Shown: positions 27,500-44,970 of the stretch, one piece after another
Position numbering within the stretch: the first letter of the stretch is position 1
Layout: each line of letters begins with the position of its first letter
From: the human T2T-CHM13v2.0 reference genome, Homo sapiens
Length of the DNA stretch: 64,000 nucleotides
Assembly: GCF_009914755.1 (NCBI RefSeq)
Contig: NC_060945.1
Reading direction: 5' to 3' (one strand)
Notes under the pieces: generated by a model
Told to the model about the DNA's origin: nothing
What the model saw: the letters and a program-made list of their open reading frames with translations, nothing else
Databases searched by the model: none
Program-made: the position numbers and the translations under genes

Positions 27500-29330
27500 A
27501 TCTCATAATTGTGCCTTTGATCAGAAGTTGTATCTATTTAGATTTATTGTGATTTCTGATATATTTGGATTGTTTATACCTCTCTATATTGTGTTTTCTA
27601 ATTTATCCTTTTGTTGTTTTTTTCTCCTTTCTTACCCCTTCTTTTGGTTGATTCATTCTTTCTGCTTATCCCACTTTCACTCCTTCACACTACTTTGAGA
27701 ATTATATTCTCTATTCCTGTTGTTTTGGTGGGGAATCTCAAAACTTTACTGTTTATCTTAGAGTCTAAAGTGGCAGGAGCAATGCTGCACGCCTGTAATC
27801 CTAGCACCTTGGGCGGCTGAGGTGAGGGGATCACTTGAAGCCAGGATTTCGAGACCAGCCTGGGCAACATAGTGAGACCCTGTCTCTACAAAATATGGAG
27901 GGGGAAAAAAAACCTAGCTGAGTGTGGTGGCATGTACCCGTAGTCCTAGCTACTCAGGAGGCTGAGGTGGGAGGATTGCTTGGGCCCAAGAATTCCAGGC
28001 TATGGTGAGCTACGATCATGCCACTGCACTGCAGCCTGGGCAACAGAGCGAGACCCCATCTCTTAAAAAAAAAAGCCCAAGGCTATTCAGTGTCTTCAGT
28101 CTCTTTTCATTCTTCTCAAACATCCAGAGTTTCTGAAACTCACGTAGTTTGCTCATAAACTACTCAAGGTAGTTTGCTGTACCTTGTTTTTCTCACCCCA
28201 GCAAGCAGGGATATTGCTGTTACTGGTGTTAGGATTATTAACACAGTGAGTTTAACTTTATTCATGTTTATGGTTCCCTTGCTTCAGTATCTCTTTTTGT
28301 GTCTTCAACTTTCCTTCTGGGATTATTTTTCATCTTCAAAGGTCCTTTACTGAGATGTGTTTATGGTAAACCGTGTTGGTTTTTCTTTGTCTGGAAGTAA
28401 TCTGTATTTTCCTCTTAATTTTGAAAGATAGTTTTGCAGATAACAGAAGTCTAGATTGAGAGTATTTTCCCCAAGTGCTTTGAGATATTACTGGCGCCTC
28501 CCGGCACCCAGTGTGGTAAGGAAGCTGGCTCTCAGCCTTGTTGCTGCTCTTTTATGGGTCATCTGCGTTTTCTCTCCTGGGACTCAGCATCCTCTGTCTT
28601 TGTTTTCTGCAGGTTCACCATCGCTCTCCAAATGTGGGTTTCTTTTGATTTAGCCTGTTGGGATTCACTGGGCCTTCTGAATGTGAGGATTTATGTCTGG
28701 AAAATCCTCACCTGACATCTCCTTGAATGTGACCTCTCCTGCATGCTTTATTGTCTCTTTCTAGAATATTCTTTACATGAAGATGAAGCCTGTACATTCT
28801 CTCTTCTGTGTCCTTTCATATTTCTTTGATTTTCTATCTCTTTAGCTTTCTTGGCTGCATTCTGTGTAACATTATCAGATTTATCATTCGGTTCATGACT
28901 TATCTTTCAAGTGTGTCGAATTTGCTATTCATGTTTCTAATTTCAATGATATTTTAATTTCTAATTGTATTTCATTTCTGATAACATCTTGTTCCTTTGT
29001 CACACTTCAGTACCCTCTCTTATTTCTGTAAATATGTTAGCCGTCATTACTGTATACTCTGCCTTGGATTATTCCACTATTTGCATTGTGATGAGTCTGA
29101 TTGTACATTTGGTTGTTTCTGCTCACTTACCCATGGTGGCCGGCTTCCTGGTGCGTGTGGTGCCTCTGTGTTGTGAAATCACGTTTGCATGCGTGGGACT
29201 CTCAGGCATCCGAGGGTGGATCCCTGCAGAGGCTTTGTGCCTGCCTTTGCCAGGACCCGAGCAGCCCACTTGGAAGTACATTTTGTGGGTGTGGATGCTT
29301 TAAACCTTGAACCCACTTGAGGATGGCCAG
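27500..29330 (-). mobile_element. Ancient L1ME remnant interrupted by AluJ
   Basis: ttttgaaagatagttttgcag...gggattcactgggccttctgaatgtgagg antisense ORF1 motifs. Confidence 0.65.
27772..28074 (+). mobile_element. AluJ
   Basis: cctgggcaacatagtgagacc, ggaggattgcttg. Confidence 0.9.
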
Positions 29331-30904
29331 TGGTAGAAATTCTCGAGACTTTTTCTCTTATTTGCTCCTCTTTTCAGAGCTGAGGCTCATGCAGCAAGCG
29401 TCCCTGCCACTTCCCCGTGACTGGCGGGTTTCCCTGGCTCACTCTTGAGGGCCCCTCTTTTGGGCTCCTGGCTTCCTGCAGGGCTTCTGCTCTGGGTTCC
29501 TGCCTCACACAGGCCCCAGGCTTCATCTCTGTGCTTGCCTGGGGCTCATTAATGTTCAGGATCCTGGACAGCAGGGATCAACAGGACCTGTACAGACGGT
29601 GCTGTGCCCAGCTGGACTCACGCTTCTCCATGGCCTCAGGCCTTTTGGGATTCAAGTTACCTTCTCCCCAAAAAGATTTTCAAATGTGATGTTATTGGGC
29701 ATTTTCGGGTTTTAGAGGCTGTCTGTTGGGAGGCCTCCTCCCCCATCTCTTCTGCTGTATTCTGGAAGGGGTGTTCCTGGCCCACCTCCTCAGGATTAGA
29801 GAACTGCATTGCGGCCGACATTTGAAGGACTCGACACAGTGGCCCAGCCTTCCTGTTCATCTTCTCTCTCTGCTTTCCAGCCTCTGCTAGGCCTGTGCAC
29901 CGTGGTGTGTCTCCTGCCCGCTCCCTGCATGCAGAACGTCACTTGTTCTACAGCTTTCCCTGATGTGGTCTCACTGTCCCTGTCCCTGTGGCCACTTATG
30001 TGCCTGTTTATTCATCCTCCATGTTCCCTGAGGAGACGGGCCTGGGAGGGCAGAGGCAGGCCCCACTCACACTCAGACCCCAAGCCTGGGCCTACTGCTG
30101 GCCACGTGGTGGCTCAGGAGACCGTGGCATCTGCCTCCTGGCGCAGGTGGCATGTGCCCGTTCTCCTGAGGGGCATTCTCTGCAGACCAGCTCACATGCT
30201 GTAGCATTGCGGCCTTTCTCAGGAGTCAGCAAGCATGTGTGTTCGTGCAAGCCTTTCTAGAAAGTGACGGGTGGGGACATGTTGGCAGTGGGGGGAGGGG
30301 AGGGGCCGATAGCCTTGCAGCCTCTTGCGGGCCCAGGGCTGTCCGCTCTCCGTACCACTCACATGGCCACCCTGAGGGCAGTGAACCCGGGGCCGTGAAG
30401 CTGCTCTGGTGTGTCCTGAAAAGGCCTTTCCATAGGAGCGAGAGGTGGCCGTGATGGCTGATGGGTCTGGAACGCATGGTCCCGCAGAGAGGCACGGCTC
30501 CACGGCGCCCCCAAAATGTGAGCCCCTCCATTCACTCCTGTCATTCCCGCTTGTCGGGGCCGGGTCACTGAACTCCCAGGCCTGCTTGGGCTGCCCCCCG
30601 CTCCCTGAAGACTCCGTGGCAGAGGGCTGGAGTGCAGGGAGGAGATGGCCCCAGCAGTGGGGGGTCTGGAAACATCTCCATCATCTTTGGGGTCCCCTCT
30701 GGACCCGCCATGGCCTCCCTCACACTCCTCCGTGCAGGTCCAGGCTCTGCCTCACACGTGCCTTGCTTGCCACACTGGGGGCTGGGAGGCTGGGTGGGCT
30801 GGGGGTCTGTCCTCCGCCTTGAGGAGCAGGACAGCGAATCCACCCTAAACTGACTCAGCCCTGCCCTGGCCTCTTCTTGAGGTGGAAGCGGTGTGTGCAA
30901 TGGG

Positions 30905-31372
30905 AGGGGTGTCGGGGCAGAACTGTGTCCCCCAAAATTCATATGTTGAAGCTCTAACCCCTAGAACCTCAGAATGTGACTTAGGTCTTAAAAGGAAATA
31001 GGGGCTTAAAAATGGGGATTGAGTTAAAACGGAGGCCTTAAGTCATTAAATTGTACACCTTCAATACGTAACCTTGCAGTGCCCCAGATACCTTAATAGA
31101 TAAATGTTTAAGGCAAAGGACATCAGCAGGGTGGCTGGGACCCAGTCTGCCTGGTGTCCCTGTAAGAGGAGGGGGTGAGGATATAGACACACGCAGAGGG
31201 ATGGCACCGTGAGGACACAGGGAGGAGACAGCGTCTGTGAGTCCAGGAGCATCTCAGGAAGCAGCCCTGCCCCTCCTTGACCTCGGAGCCAGCCTCCAGG
31301 AGAATCCCTCCGTGTTGGTGCTGAAGCCCCCAGGCTGTGGTGTTTTCTCACAGCCGCCCTGAGTGACTCACA
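30905..31372 (+). mobile_element. MLT1 (MaLR) LTR
   Basis: aactgtgtcccccaaaattcatatgttgaagctctaacccctagaacctcagaatgtgac. Confidence 0.8.
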
Positions 31373-31709
31373 GCAGTTTGTCCCTGATGACTCTGTGCTC
31401 TCCTGGGGCTATGTCTTGGTTCTGTGGCTGAGCACCCCTGTTCCCTGCCCTTCCAGGCTCCTGCTCTGACAGCTGGGTGCCTGTGCTGATCTCCTGGCTG
31501 GGGCCGGAGACTCGCAGATAGGAAGTGGGTATTCCTGCCAGGAGCAGGGCGTGCACTTCTGAAAACAGGAGGGTGATCGGTGCAGGGGAAGCCTGGCTTC
31601 ATGTGCTGCTGGAAGTGGATCTGGGGATGAGTGACTCGGCTTGAATCCCTCAGGAGGTGTCGGGCGCCAAGGTCCCGAGCAGTTCCTGCTTCTCGTTTTT
31701 ATAACCTGA

Positions 31710-32400
31710 GGTGTCCCAATTAGCGGCTGCTTCAGAACAAATCACCCTCAAACTTAATGGCATAAACAACCACTCATTTAATTGTCTTCCACAGTCCTCT
31801 GGGTCAAGGTTCCAGGCGGGCTGGGCTCAGGGCTCTACTTGCAAAATGCACTTTATGGGCCCAGCTTCTCCCTGCCGTGGTGGGGGCCCAAGAAGCATCC
31901 CCAGTCTGGTGGAGTCCCCGGTCTGGATGAGCCCCCGGTCTGGTGGAGCCCCCCGGTCTGGTGGAGCCCCCGGTCTGGTGCAGCCCCCGGTCTGGTGGAG
32001 CCCCCCGGTCTGGATGAGCCTCTGGTCTGGTGGAGCCCCCGGTCTGGATGAGCCTCTGGTCTGGTGGAGCCCCCGGTCTGGTGCAGCCCCCGGTCTGGAT
32101 GAGCCCCCGGTCTGGTGGAGCCCCCCGGTCTGGTGGAGCCCCCCAGTCTGGATGAGCCTCCGGTCTGGTGGAGCCCCCGGTCTGGATGAGCCTCTGGTCT
32201 GGTGGCGTCCCCGGTCTGGTAGAGAACGTTGAGGTGAGTGCTCGAGGGGTTGCTCGCTGCTGCTGGGCCCCACGGTGCCCACCTGGCCCCCCAGGACCCC
32301 AACCCCACACAGCCCTTTGTTAGCCTCCCCACCCCATGCACCTTCCTCCCTCCCCAGAACATCTGGTGAAGATTTGTTGTAACCTCCTGGGCCCACAGTC
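31710..32400 (-). mobile_element. MLT1 LTR remnant hosting a minisatellite
   Basis: gctgcttcagaacaaatcaccctcaaacttaatggcataaacaacc antisense MLT1 end. Confidence 0.55.
31899..32220. repeat. 17/18-bp minisatellite, ~18 copies (CCCCGGTCTGG[TG/AT]GAGC)
   Basis: Read directly; several interspersed unit variants. Confidence 0.95.
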
Positions 32401-32404
32401 CTTG

Positions 32405-32640
32405 GGGCTGCTGCGGTCCGAGTGTCGGTGTCCCCCAGAATTCACGTGTTGAAATCTTACACCCCAGTGAGCTGGTGTTAGGCCTTTAGGTGAGTGATGA
32501 GGCACAAGGCTGGAGCCCCTTGAATGCGATTCCCAGGGGTCAGCACAGCCTCGTGCCTGAGAAAGCAGACGCAGCCGGGGAGTTGAGACACGGCGCCAAC
32601 ACGATGTGAGCAGGAGGCCAAGCATAGAGACGAAGTTTAG
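32405..32640 (+). mobile_element. MLT1A/MST LTR 5' fragment
   Basis: gtgtcccccagaattcacgtgttgaaatctta...ggagccccttgaatgcgatt. Confidence 0.6.
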
Positions 32641-32902
32641 TTTCATTAAATGTCTTTCTCTTTGGCCGCGTTGCGGGAAAAATTTCTGCTGCTCACGAGT
32701 AGAAACACAAAGCAGACAGAAGAAGCCACTTGCTGAGGGAACCCAGGGAAGGGTGAACAGAGGCAGGCAGGTCGGAGGGCCAGGGAGGAGCCTGGCGGCC
32801 CGGAGCTAGGGGACAGGCAGGGCCACCTTATGAAAGCAGAGGGAGCCTGGGGGCTTGGGTGGGTCGACCCTTTCTTGTGCTGCCTGTGTTCTTCCCTGAG
32901 TG

Positions 32903-33150
32903 CAGGAGAGAGAGGGAGACACAGAGAGAGGCAGAAAGAAAGGGAGAGATGGGGGAGAAACACAGAGACAGGGAGACACAGAGGGAGAGACATAGAGGGA
33001 GAGACAGAGAAACATGGGGAGAGATAGAGGGACAGAGAAGGAGTGATGGGGAGAGAGGGAGAGACAGAGAGACTCAAAGAGACAGTGACTGAGGGGAGAG
33101 GCACAGAGACAAACAGAGCAGAAGGGGGAAACAGAGACAGAAAGAGACAC
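32903..33150. repeat. GA-rich low-complexity tract
   Basis: (GAGA/GACA)n purine-rich run. Confidence 0.9.
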
Positions 33151-33738
33151 GGAAGAGGGTCCTGGGCGGGGCCAGGAGCTCTGGTTTTGGGGGCAATAGG
33201 ACTCAGTACCCGAGGGGATGTGCTCGGCGTTTGGGTGGATGGGGGGCGGGTGAGAATGGGGGAGGCTGTTTCCTCAGTTTGGAGGCTCCATTGACTGTAG
33301 GAGACACAGTAGCAGAGAGAGTGAAATGAAAACTAAATCGATCTCGGAAGGAGACAGGGTGGAAGACGTGGCTTTTGTCCCGAAGTTTCCAAAATTCCAT
33401 GCACTGCACAAGTGTATTTGGGGCAGGGTGTGAACGGGCTTCCAGGATCCCCCACCTGATGGAGCCGAAGGTGCGGCGTCACCTGCTTCAGGAGAGCAGC
33501 TGCAACCACAGCTGGCCAGGGCCCCGCCTCCCAGCCCAGCTCTCCTGCCTGCCTGGGTGGTAACTCCACCCACAGGTGGCAGCCGTGGCCACGTGTCTCT
33601 GGGCCACGTGATTGTGTGGGGTCAGGCGTGACTCCTGCTGGGCTCTTCCACCTGCCAGGCTTGGGGGTGGGAGTGGGAGGACGTGGCTGTTGCTGTGGGG
33701 GCATCCCTCTTGTCACCGTGGCAGAGGAGCCTGGAGGA

Positions 33739-33858
33739 GATCCCAGCAGTGCCCCCCACACACACCCAGAGCGGATCCCAGCAGTGCCCCCCACACACAC
33801 CCGGAGCGGATCCCAGCAGTGCCCCCCACACACACCCGGAGCCGATCCCAGCAGTGCC
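33739..33858. repeat. 35-bp tandem repeat x3.4
   Basis: GATCCC anchor at 33739, 33774, 33809, 33844. Confidence 0.92.
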
Positions 33859-36709
33859 GCCTGTGTCCCTGGATCCAGCCGTGCCTGAGGCCACCTCACC
33901 CACTGCCTTTTGAGTGGTGGAAGTTGTGCTCTTGAACTTCAAAGCCAACTTGGGTCAGGCTTTTGTTCTCTTGCGGCTGAAAACGTGCTGGGGTGGTTGT
34001 GGGTGGGTGGCAGGTGCCTCAGGAGGTGGCACAGCTTCGTGGGCAGGGCCCAGAGGTGCTGACCCGGGAGGCCTCCTGGTGCCACGGGGAGAGCCATGTT
34101 GAGGGGTCTGGCACGGATGGTGGGAAGCACCAAGTAAGTGGCCCTGACTCCAAGAGAACGGGGGAGTCCAGGGCTGCAGGACGGAAGGGCCCAGTGCTGC
34201 CTGTGGCGGCTGGGGCAGTTCTGGCGCCTCACGGGAGGGGCAGCCGTGGAAGCCCCATGAGCTTCCTAGGTACCAGGCCCTCTCTCGGCAGGACGAATCT
34301 CACGTGGTCCTTGCTGCCTGGATGGAGGGGAGTGACTAAAGATGGCAGGGACAGAGGCGTGGCAGGTCCTGTCTGCAGGGTGCCGCCCCGAGGTGGAGCA
34401 GGGGGCCTGGCAGTCCCACCAGGCTCAGAGCCTCCCCTCACCCCGCGCTTGGCTGGGGACATCAGAGCCTGTGGTGAGGGCACCTGTAATTCTTGATGGG
34501 GGCTCTGCTGGGTCGGGGGCTGCTTAGGCCTGGATGCCCTGATTGTGCCCATCCCCCTCTCCCTCCACACTGTCCCCTGCTCCCGAGGGGCTCCCTGCAG
34601 CCCTGACTCTGGCTGGCAGGGGAGGAGTCTGTGGTTGGTGGCGCACAGCAGGTGCGCAGCTGCTGCCCAGAGCTGCCCCCGGGCTCGGGAACTGAAGGAA
34701 GGGCTGTGTAGCCTGAAGCCTGGGCCTGGCCTGTGCTGCGGCCGCACCGCTGGGTGATGCAGGAGCCACTCCACCTCCCTGGCACCCCAGCCTCATCCGG
34801 CAACCTGGGAGTGTGGGCCTCCTGCCCCTCCAGGGAGGCCCTGGCCGTGTCCTCATGGGGCCCCTCCAGGTCCTTGTGGCTCCAGGTCGGGACAGTGGCT
34901 GTGAGATCTGACCCTCCCGTTCCCCCTCCACCAAGTAGGAGAAACCCCGGAGCATGAGCCCTCGTCCTTCACCGTCCCGGGGACAGGGGGACCCCCAGAT
35001 GCTGCACGGCTGACAGGCCAACGTGGCAGAAGCTCCAGCTTCACAGGAAGCCAGTGACCATGAGAGTCTGTAGCTGTAACGAAGCCACAGAGCTGTGGCT
35101 TTCTTTCCCCTTCAGCTCTAGGAAAGGTTATCTGCCCTGCACAGATATCCGGAGGCCTGGCTGGGCTCTGAGAGCATCAGACTGATTATCGTAAGAAAAT
35201 AATCTCTGCAGACACATTCCTTGCTAGAAGCAGGGGACAAAGCCCAGCTTCAAAGACAATTCCACACACGCCCTCCCTGCCCTGCACAGCTGCCTGCCGG
35301 GTGGGAGCAGAGCCCTTGCAGCCGGGCTCAGGGGCCTGGGCAGGGACAGCGTGTGGCAGGGGCACAGCTGAGACAGGAGCCTCAAAGCGACACCAACCCG
35401 ACGTGAAGCTACAGTTGAGGAGACACAGCTGCCCCCATTCCCGGGCCTCATCTCCACAGTGAGACGCTGGACTCTCTCCCTGACCCACCGTCTCTTAGAA
35501 CCTCCCCTCCATCCGGAGCAGTTCGGCAGCCCCAGGGCAGCCAGGGGAACCCTGCCGAGTGCCTCTGGGCCGCCACAGACCGCAGAGCCCGCGGGAGCCT
35601 TGCTCACACAGCCTCAGGTCCACTGTGGTCTTGGGGGAAAGCCCTGTCCTGGGACAGGGGAGCCGGGGGTCGGGGTCCTGGCCCTGGACCACCATCTGGG
35701 GACCACGTTGTCACGCCTGCAAAGCTCCCTGCCCCACCCCCATGTGCCGGCTGGTGTTGACACCTTTGTAGAGTGGGAACCTGCCTCCGACCCCAGCCTG
35801 CAGCCACAGGGCAGGTTATAGACCAGGTGAGAGGGCGCCGCGCCCAGAACCAAGGAGCACAAGTCCGCAGTGCCCATGAGATCCTCATGCTGGCCGGCGC
35901 AGGAGCCATCCTCGGCCTCTGCAGGTCCTCGTGGGAAACCGCGGGGGCACGTGGGGCGGCTGCAGGGTCTGCAAAGCCGGCTGTTTGCGAAGGGCGCAGC
36001 TCCACCTGGAACAGCCGAGGCCGCCCACGCGCTTCCCGCGGGATCAGAGCAGCCTCCACGGCTGTTGTCTCAGGCACCACGGGATGCCTTTCTTCGTTTC
36101 AATAGCTGTGGGAAAGCCTCAATCGGTCCTGAAAGAACCCAGATGTGCAGCAATGACAAGGCCTTCTCTGAGACTCTAGAACCTTCTGCCATCTCAGACA
36201 GGAGGGAGCCGTGAGGCAGGCGGGAGATTTGCAGTCAGCAAAGGACGGGCAGGTGGGGCAGCTGCACACCCAGGGCCCTCTCCACGGTCCTCCCGGGCCC
36301 ACCCCTCCCGCGGTCCTGGGTCATCCACCTGCTGGCCTCACCCTGCCCACGCGGCCAGGTCCCACCGGCCCCTGAGCTCAACAGACCAAAGCTGGCCCGA
36401 CCCCACCCCCAAGAAGAATGAAACAATTTTTTTTTACCTCTTGCAGAAAAGTAAAAGATCATTTATTCATTCTGTTTCTAGATAGCAAAACTAAGTGTCA
36501 AAAGCACCTTCTGCACACAGTCTGCACACACTGGCCGGTGGTCCTGTTCCCGCAAGGTTGAGCTGTGTCCCAGAGACATGGGTCCTCCGGGTGATGAGGA
36601 GCCGCTGGAGGGCCCTGAGCTGCACGTGCTAATGATTAACGCCCCGTCCGTGCTGGCCGGTTTCTCAAATGCCTCCTGACGATTGCGCACAGCCGGACAT
36701 CATTTGTAC

Positions 36710-39951
<3,242 letters not shown>

Positions 39952-40566
39952 ATGAAAAAGCAGATTCAAAACCTATTCAAATGGTTCTAACTCAATGTGT
40001 TAGTACAGTCACAGCTGCTTACTGAAAACACACACTTGGTCTACTTCAGGAAGACGTGTGGAGAAAGGGTGAAGGGTGAGCCACTGGGCCCAGCTCACCA
40101 CACGACGGCCCCCTGTGCTTGTGTGCGCCCCAACTCACAGTGACAACACTCCGGCCATGCCTCTGCGTGTTGGCTTGGTGTCATCTGCATTGCACTGGAG
40201 TGAAACAGGGTCAGGCTGCCACCATTCACACAAACTTTAAAAATGAAACCTTTATCAAGGGAACATCTTTGGACTGTTTTTAAAACCTTTGGAACCATGA
40301 CTTGGAGCTGGCAGAACAGGCTGTGGCTGTGGACTTCAGCACTACCAACAGTGCTGAAAACACTATGATTTACATCCATTCCAAGTTGCAAGTCCATCTT
40401 TTCTTCCTGCGACAAAAGACCATTAGCTTAAAAAAGGGAGCGGGTTCCATCATCCTTGCAGCAGCTAAGACAACCCCTTGGGGTCCACCTGGGCTCCCAG
40501 CCCCACCTTCCTGATGTTCAGACCCAGCAACTCCTTCCAGGGATACCGCAGGCACTCAGGTCCTCT

Positions 40567-41216
<650 letters not shown>

Positions 41217-41959
41217 CTCTTGACCATTGCGTCTCACCCGGACCACGCAACAGCCTCCTCACCAGCCTCCGGCTTCCAGGCTATTCCCTGCACAGTGGCC
41301 ACATCACACCCTACGCTGCTCAGACCCTGCAGCGGCCCTCCTACGCACAGATCCTCCTGATGCATCAGTGGCCCAGCTGCTCCATCTGGGACACCAGCTT
41401 CTCTCCGCCTTGGCCGTATGAGCCCTGGGGGCCTCTGTATTCATTGTTCCCGGCCATTGCGAGTTATAGCCCCCCCAGCCTTCCTGAGCCCCTCCCAACC
41501 TCCCACCACCTCCAGGCTTTCTCCACGCGAGTTCTGCAGCATTTACCAGCACCTACCACACAATCTTCTCACTGGCTGGTCTTTTCCCACCACAATTAAA
41601 CTCCCAAAGGCCATACTGCCATCTCCTATGTGCCTAAAAACCTGGCAGTTTTACACCTGAGGGATTCTTTCCCCAAAGAGGCCTCCCAGCAGTCTAATGA
41701 ACAGAAGAGGGCTGGCTGCTGTTGATGACGAGGACTTGCAGGGCCCCTTGAGCACACCCAGGCCACACTGGGGGCCCAGGGGCTCTGGCAGAAGTGGTGT
41801 CCTGATGTAGATGCCACAGCACTCGCAGGCCAGCAGGAGCGGCCCCTACCCTGTTCCTCCATGCCTGGTCACCATCCGCTTTCTGGGAGATCTGAAAAGG
41901 TTCTTCCACCTTCCGCTGTGTGGCAGGAAATGAGTCTAATGAGTCTACACTCCACAGCT

Positions 41960-43516
41960 ACCAACTACCATAAAGCAGTTTATTTTTCTTAAAAAGGAAG
42001 GTACATGGTCACAGTCCAAAATGTTTTATACAGCTCTCAGCCTGGAAAATGCAACTGATGAAAAAGGCACTGTTTCTAGAACAAATGGAAAAAGAATAAA
42101 TATGTCATCATTTACCCTGCACAGCTTTGAGTAACACCATAGGACCCTGTCACACGTTCAGGGTCAATTTTAAAAGCTTGAGAAGACACAGCAAGGTGAT
42201 GTCCTAGACTAGCCAGGCTCCGAAAGGAAGAGCTGTCTGTCCCTCCTCACTAACTGTCCTCTCTCTGTCACAGGTGTCCATGTCACTGTTCCTCTAGCAG
42301 ATGTGGAAAGTGGCTGCTCAGTGAGGACTCAGCCCCCACCAACCTGACTGAGGGTCACACGACACCATGGTGGAAAGTCACAAAGGGTAACGGGCCAAGA
42401 GGGTGAGGGGGGCTCCCTGACCCTGAGGACCCCTGAGGCACTGCTGCACCTTCCACGGATTCTGTGTCTAGCGTTGCCCTCTTTGCAGATGCCCCTCGTG
42501 GTGGTGGCACAAAGACCTAAAAATGATTTCTGTAAAATGGGTACAAGGAGCTCCCTGATAAAGCAGCTCATCCTAGACAGCCTTTTGGAGTTAGCGTAAC
42601 TGTCCTTCCTCATTTCTAGTTCTCAATAGCGAATGGTAGACCTGGAGGCCCCATGTGCACCTGCCAGCCGGGGCGAGGGCAGGGACGGCCAGCCGGGCGA
42701 GGGCGGGGCAGTCGGGGTGAGGGTGGGGCGGGGCAGTCGGGGCGAGGGAGGGGTGGCCAGTGGGGGCGAGGGTGGGTGGCCAGCCGGGCCTGGTGTGAGG
42801 AGCAGAGCTGCAAGTTTCCTACAGACAATCCACTGAGTGCCCCAGAGACGTCACTGAAAAACTTCCCAGTGCTCTGACGTGCCAGCAGTAGGGCCTGAAC
42901 TGTCATCCCTCCACGGGGCTCCCTGAGGCCTCAGGCCCTTTCCTTTGCAGCACCAGGTCTGCCTTGCACGCATCCCAGGAGGAAACACACAGGCAGCCTC
43001 CTGCTGCGCGGAGGGCAACGGAGGGATTCATGAGGCCCCTGGTCGCTCTGCAGACATTTAAAATGACGCTTCTCCTTGCACCAGCTCCCAGGGAAATGTC
43101 AGCCCGGGTCCACCTGACGGAGGGCAGCTCACCCGCCTGCATCTATCCTCAATGCACTTAAAATATGAAGACATGAAAGGTGGCTGGAAAGGCCAGAGCG
43201 GGAGCCTGACAAACACTCCTGCTTCTGGGTCACCACGCGGGCACTGCTGGCAACCGAGCTGTGGGTTCACAGACGCTGCCTGAAAACAACCGCCGCCCCC
43301 GAGAGCAGCGGAGCCTCTTCATCAGCCATGGCGGCTGGCAACGCCGAGGACGGAGCCCAGCTCTAGAGGCGTGGGGCCTCTTCTGGGCCTGGGACCCTGC
43401 GAGGGACGGTCCTGTCCGCCCAGCTCCCGGCTGGCAGTAGACGGTGACTCCACGGCGACAGAACCTGCATCCACCCGCGCCTGTCGGGTCCGGGGAGCGG
43501 CCCTGGAGGATCCTCC
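41960..43516 (-). other. POFUT2: POFUT2 3' UTR (~1.55 kb)
   Basis: Between the stop codon and the poly(A) signal. Confidence 0.8.
41979..41984 (-). terminator. POFUT2: POFUT2 poly(A) signal
   Basis: AATAAA on - strand with GU-rich downstream sequence. Confidence 0.8.
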
Positions 43517-43670
43517 TCAGTAGGTGATCTTCCAGTGGGTGGGTTGCTCACACGCCTTCTCTTGGTCTCCGCAGAACCTGTTGTACGTCGTCTTGGGGTC
43601 CAACCCCAGGATTTCTCTTTCCTCATGAATCCGAAAAGAAAATGTTGAGACTGAGGTGCCAATAAAAAAC
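43517..43670 (-). CDS. POFUT2: POFUT2 exon 9 coding part (GDP-fucose protein O-fucosyltransferase 2)
   Basis: tttgcAG| then [50 protein letters not shown]. Confidence 0.97.
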
Positions 43671-44970
43671 CTGCAAAGGATCACAGAGGTTCCAGAGTCA
43701 GGGAGAACTGAGAGGAGCAGCTGAGTGAAATGAGTTCCACAGTTACATGGAACCAACACGGCCGTCCCCCGAGCACCCACCAGCCGGCCGCCCCCTTGCT
43801 GGCACCCCTCGCTCAGGTGCCCTCGACATCGGCGCCCTGAGGGGCTCTGCCTGGTGCTGCAGCCCCATCCACACCCCACAGTCAGCAGCCGCCACGCTCC
43901 TGTCCCACCGCATGTCCCCCTGGGAGCCCTCCTCTCCGTCACCAAATCCCAGGCCAGGCACGCCAGTGCAGGTCGAATACCTCCTGGGGGTCACACGGTG
44001 AACAATGAGAGATTCCTACTAACCACACACTGTCTAGCCAGGGCATGGCGGGTCCTTATCCTGAGGCACAGTAGACATCACGGAGGTCAAGGCCCCCTCC
44101 ACACACACGCTGTATGGGCTGGTGGGGACACCCTTCTCCAGGGGTTTCTCCAGACCTCAGGTCAGCGGCCTGCCCGTTCCTCCGGCTCCTGCGCAGCTGG
44201 TCTCTGGCTCTCCAGCGGCACTTCATGAACTTCGTGAACAAGCAAACCCCAGAGATGTTTCCAGAGCAAATGTAACATGCACAGCGCTGTACACAGAGCC
44301 ACAGGGCCAGCAGGCCACACAGGCCTGTATGCTGCTGCGGGGTGCAGCACTGGTGGGGAGACCCTCACCACCCCACACACAGGGGCCTGCCAGAGCAGGC
44401 CGCGCCGGCCCGGAGGCAGGGCAGCTTCAGTGAGCTGGGCCGAGCGCTTCGCGCAGCTGAGGGCAGGAGGCTGAGAGCTCAGTGCGAAGCCTCCCCACAG
44501 CAGGCTTCCTGGGCTGCGGAGACAGCACCGCCAAGGTCGCAGTCAAAATCCCAAGGCCACACCTGAGAAGCAGGGGTGAGCTCGTGACTGGGCTCCTGCA
44601 CACCTCCGCCCTGACCTAAGAAGTCAGCGCTGCATCCTGTCTGCTTAACAGGGAAAGGGACCCACACCCAGCAGACAGCATCACCCGGAGCCTCTGTGGG
44701 TCTTATACACCATGCCCAGAACACCACAGGAAATAGCAGATGTGTGAAGAGGCACCGGCTCAGGGCGCTCAGCATTCCTCGGGCAGGAGAGAGACAGACT
44801 AACCCACAGAGATGCACGCGTGTGCACAGTGCTAACCACGGGGAAGATCATTCCCTCTACTTTCATTTTCCATTTAACTCAAACCGTTTCACCCTAACCC
44901 CAGCCTTCATCTCCTATGCAGATGGGCAGGCAGGTCTTTGGAGGAACAGAGGCCCAGGCGTACCTCCCAC

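Noticed and set aside
31899-32220. Chi-like TCTGGTGG in repeat units
   Set aside because: 7/8 match to bacterial Chi has no established function in human DNA
31711-32396. Overlapping 168-189-aa ORFs
   Set aside because: Minisatellite translations
33739-33858. CRISPR-like appearance of short repeats here and at 9885, 58585 and 62056
   Set aside because: Head-to-tail tandem units with no unique spacers and no cas genes; human DNA
33333-36460. Many 100-190-aa GC-rich ORFs
   Set aside because: Expected at this GC content; mutually overlapping, low-complexity, no recognisable domain
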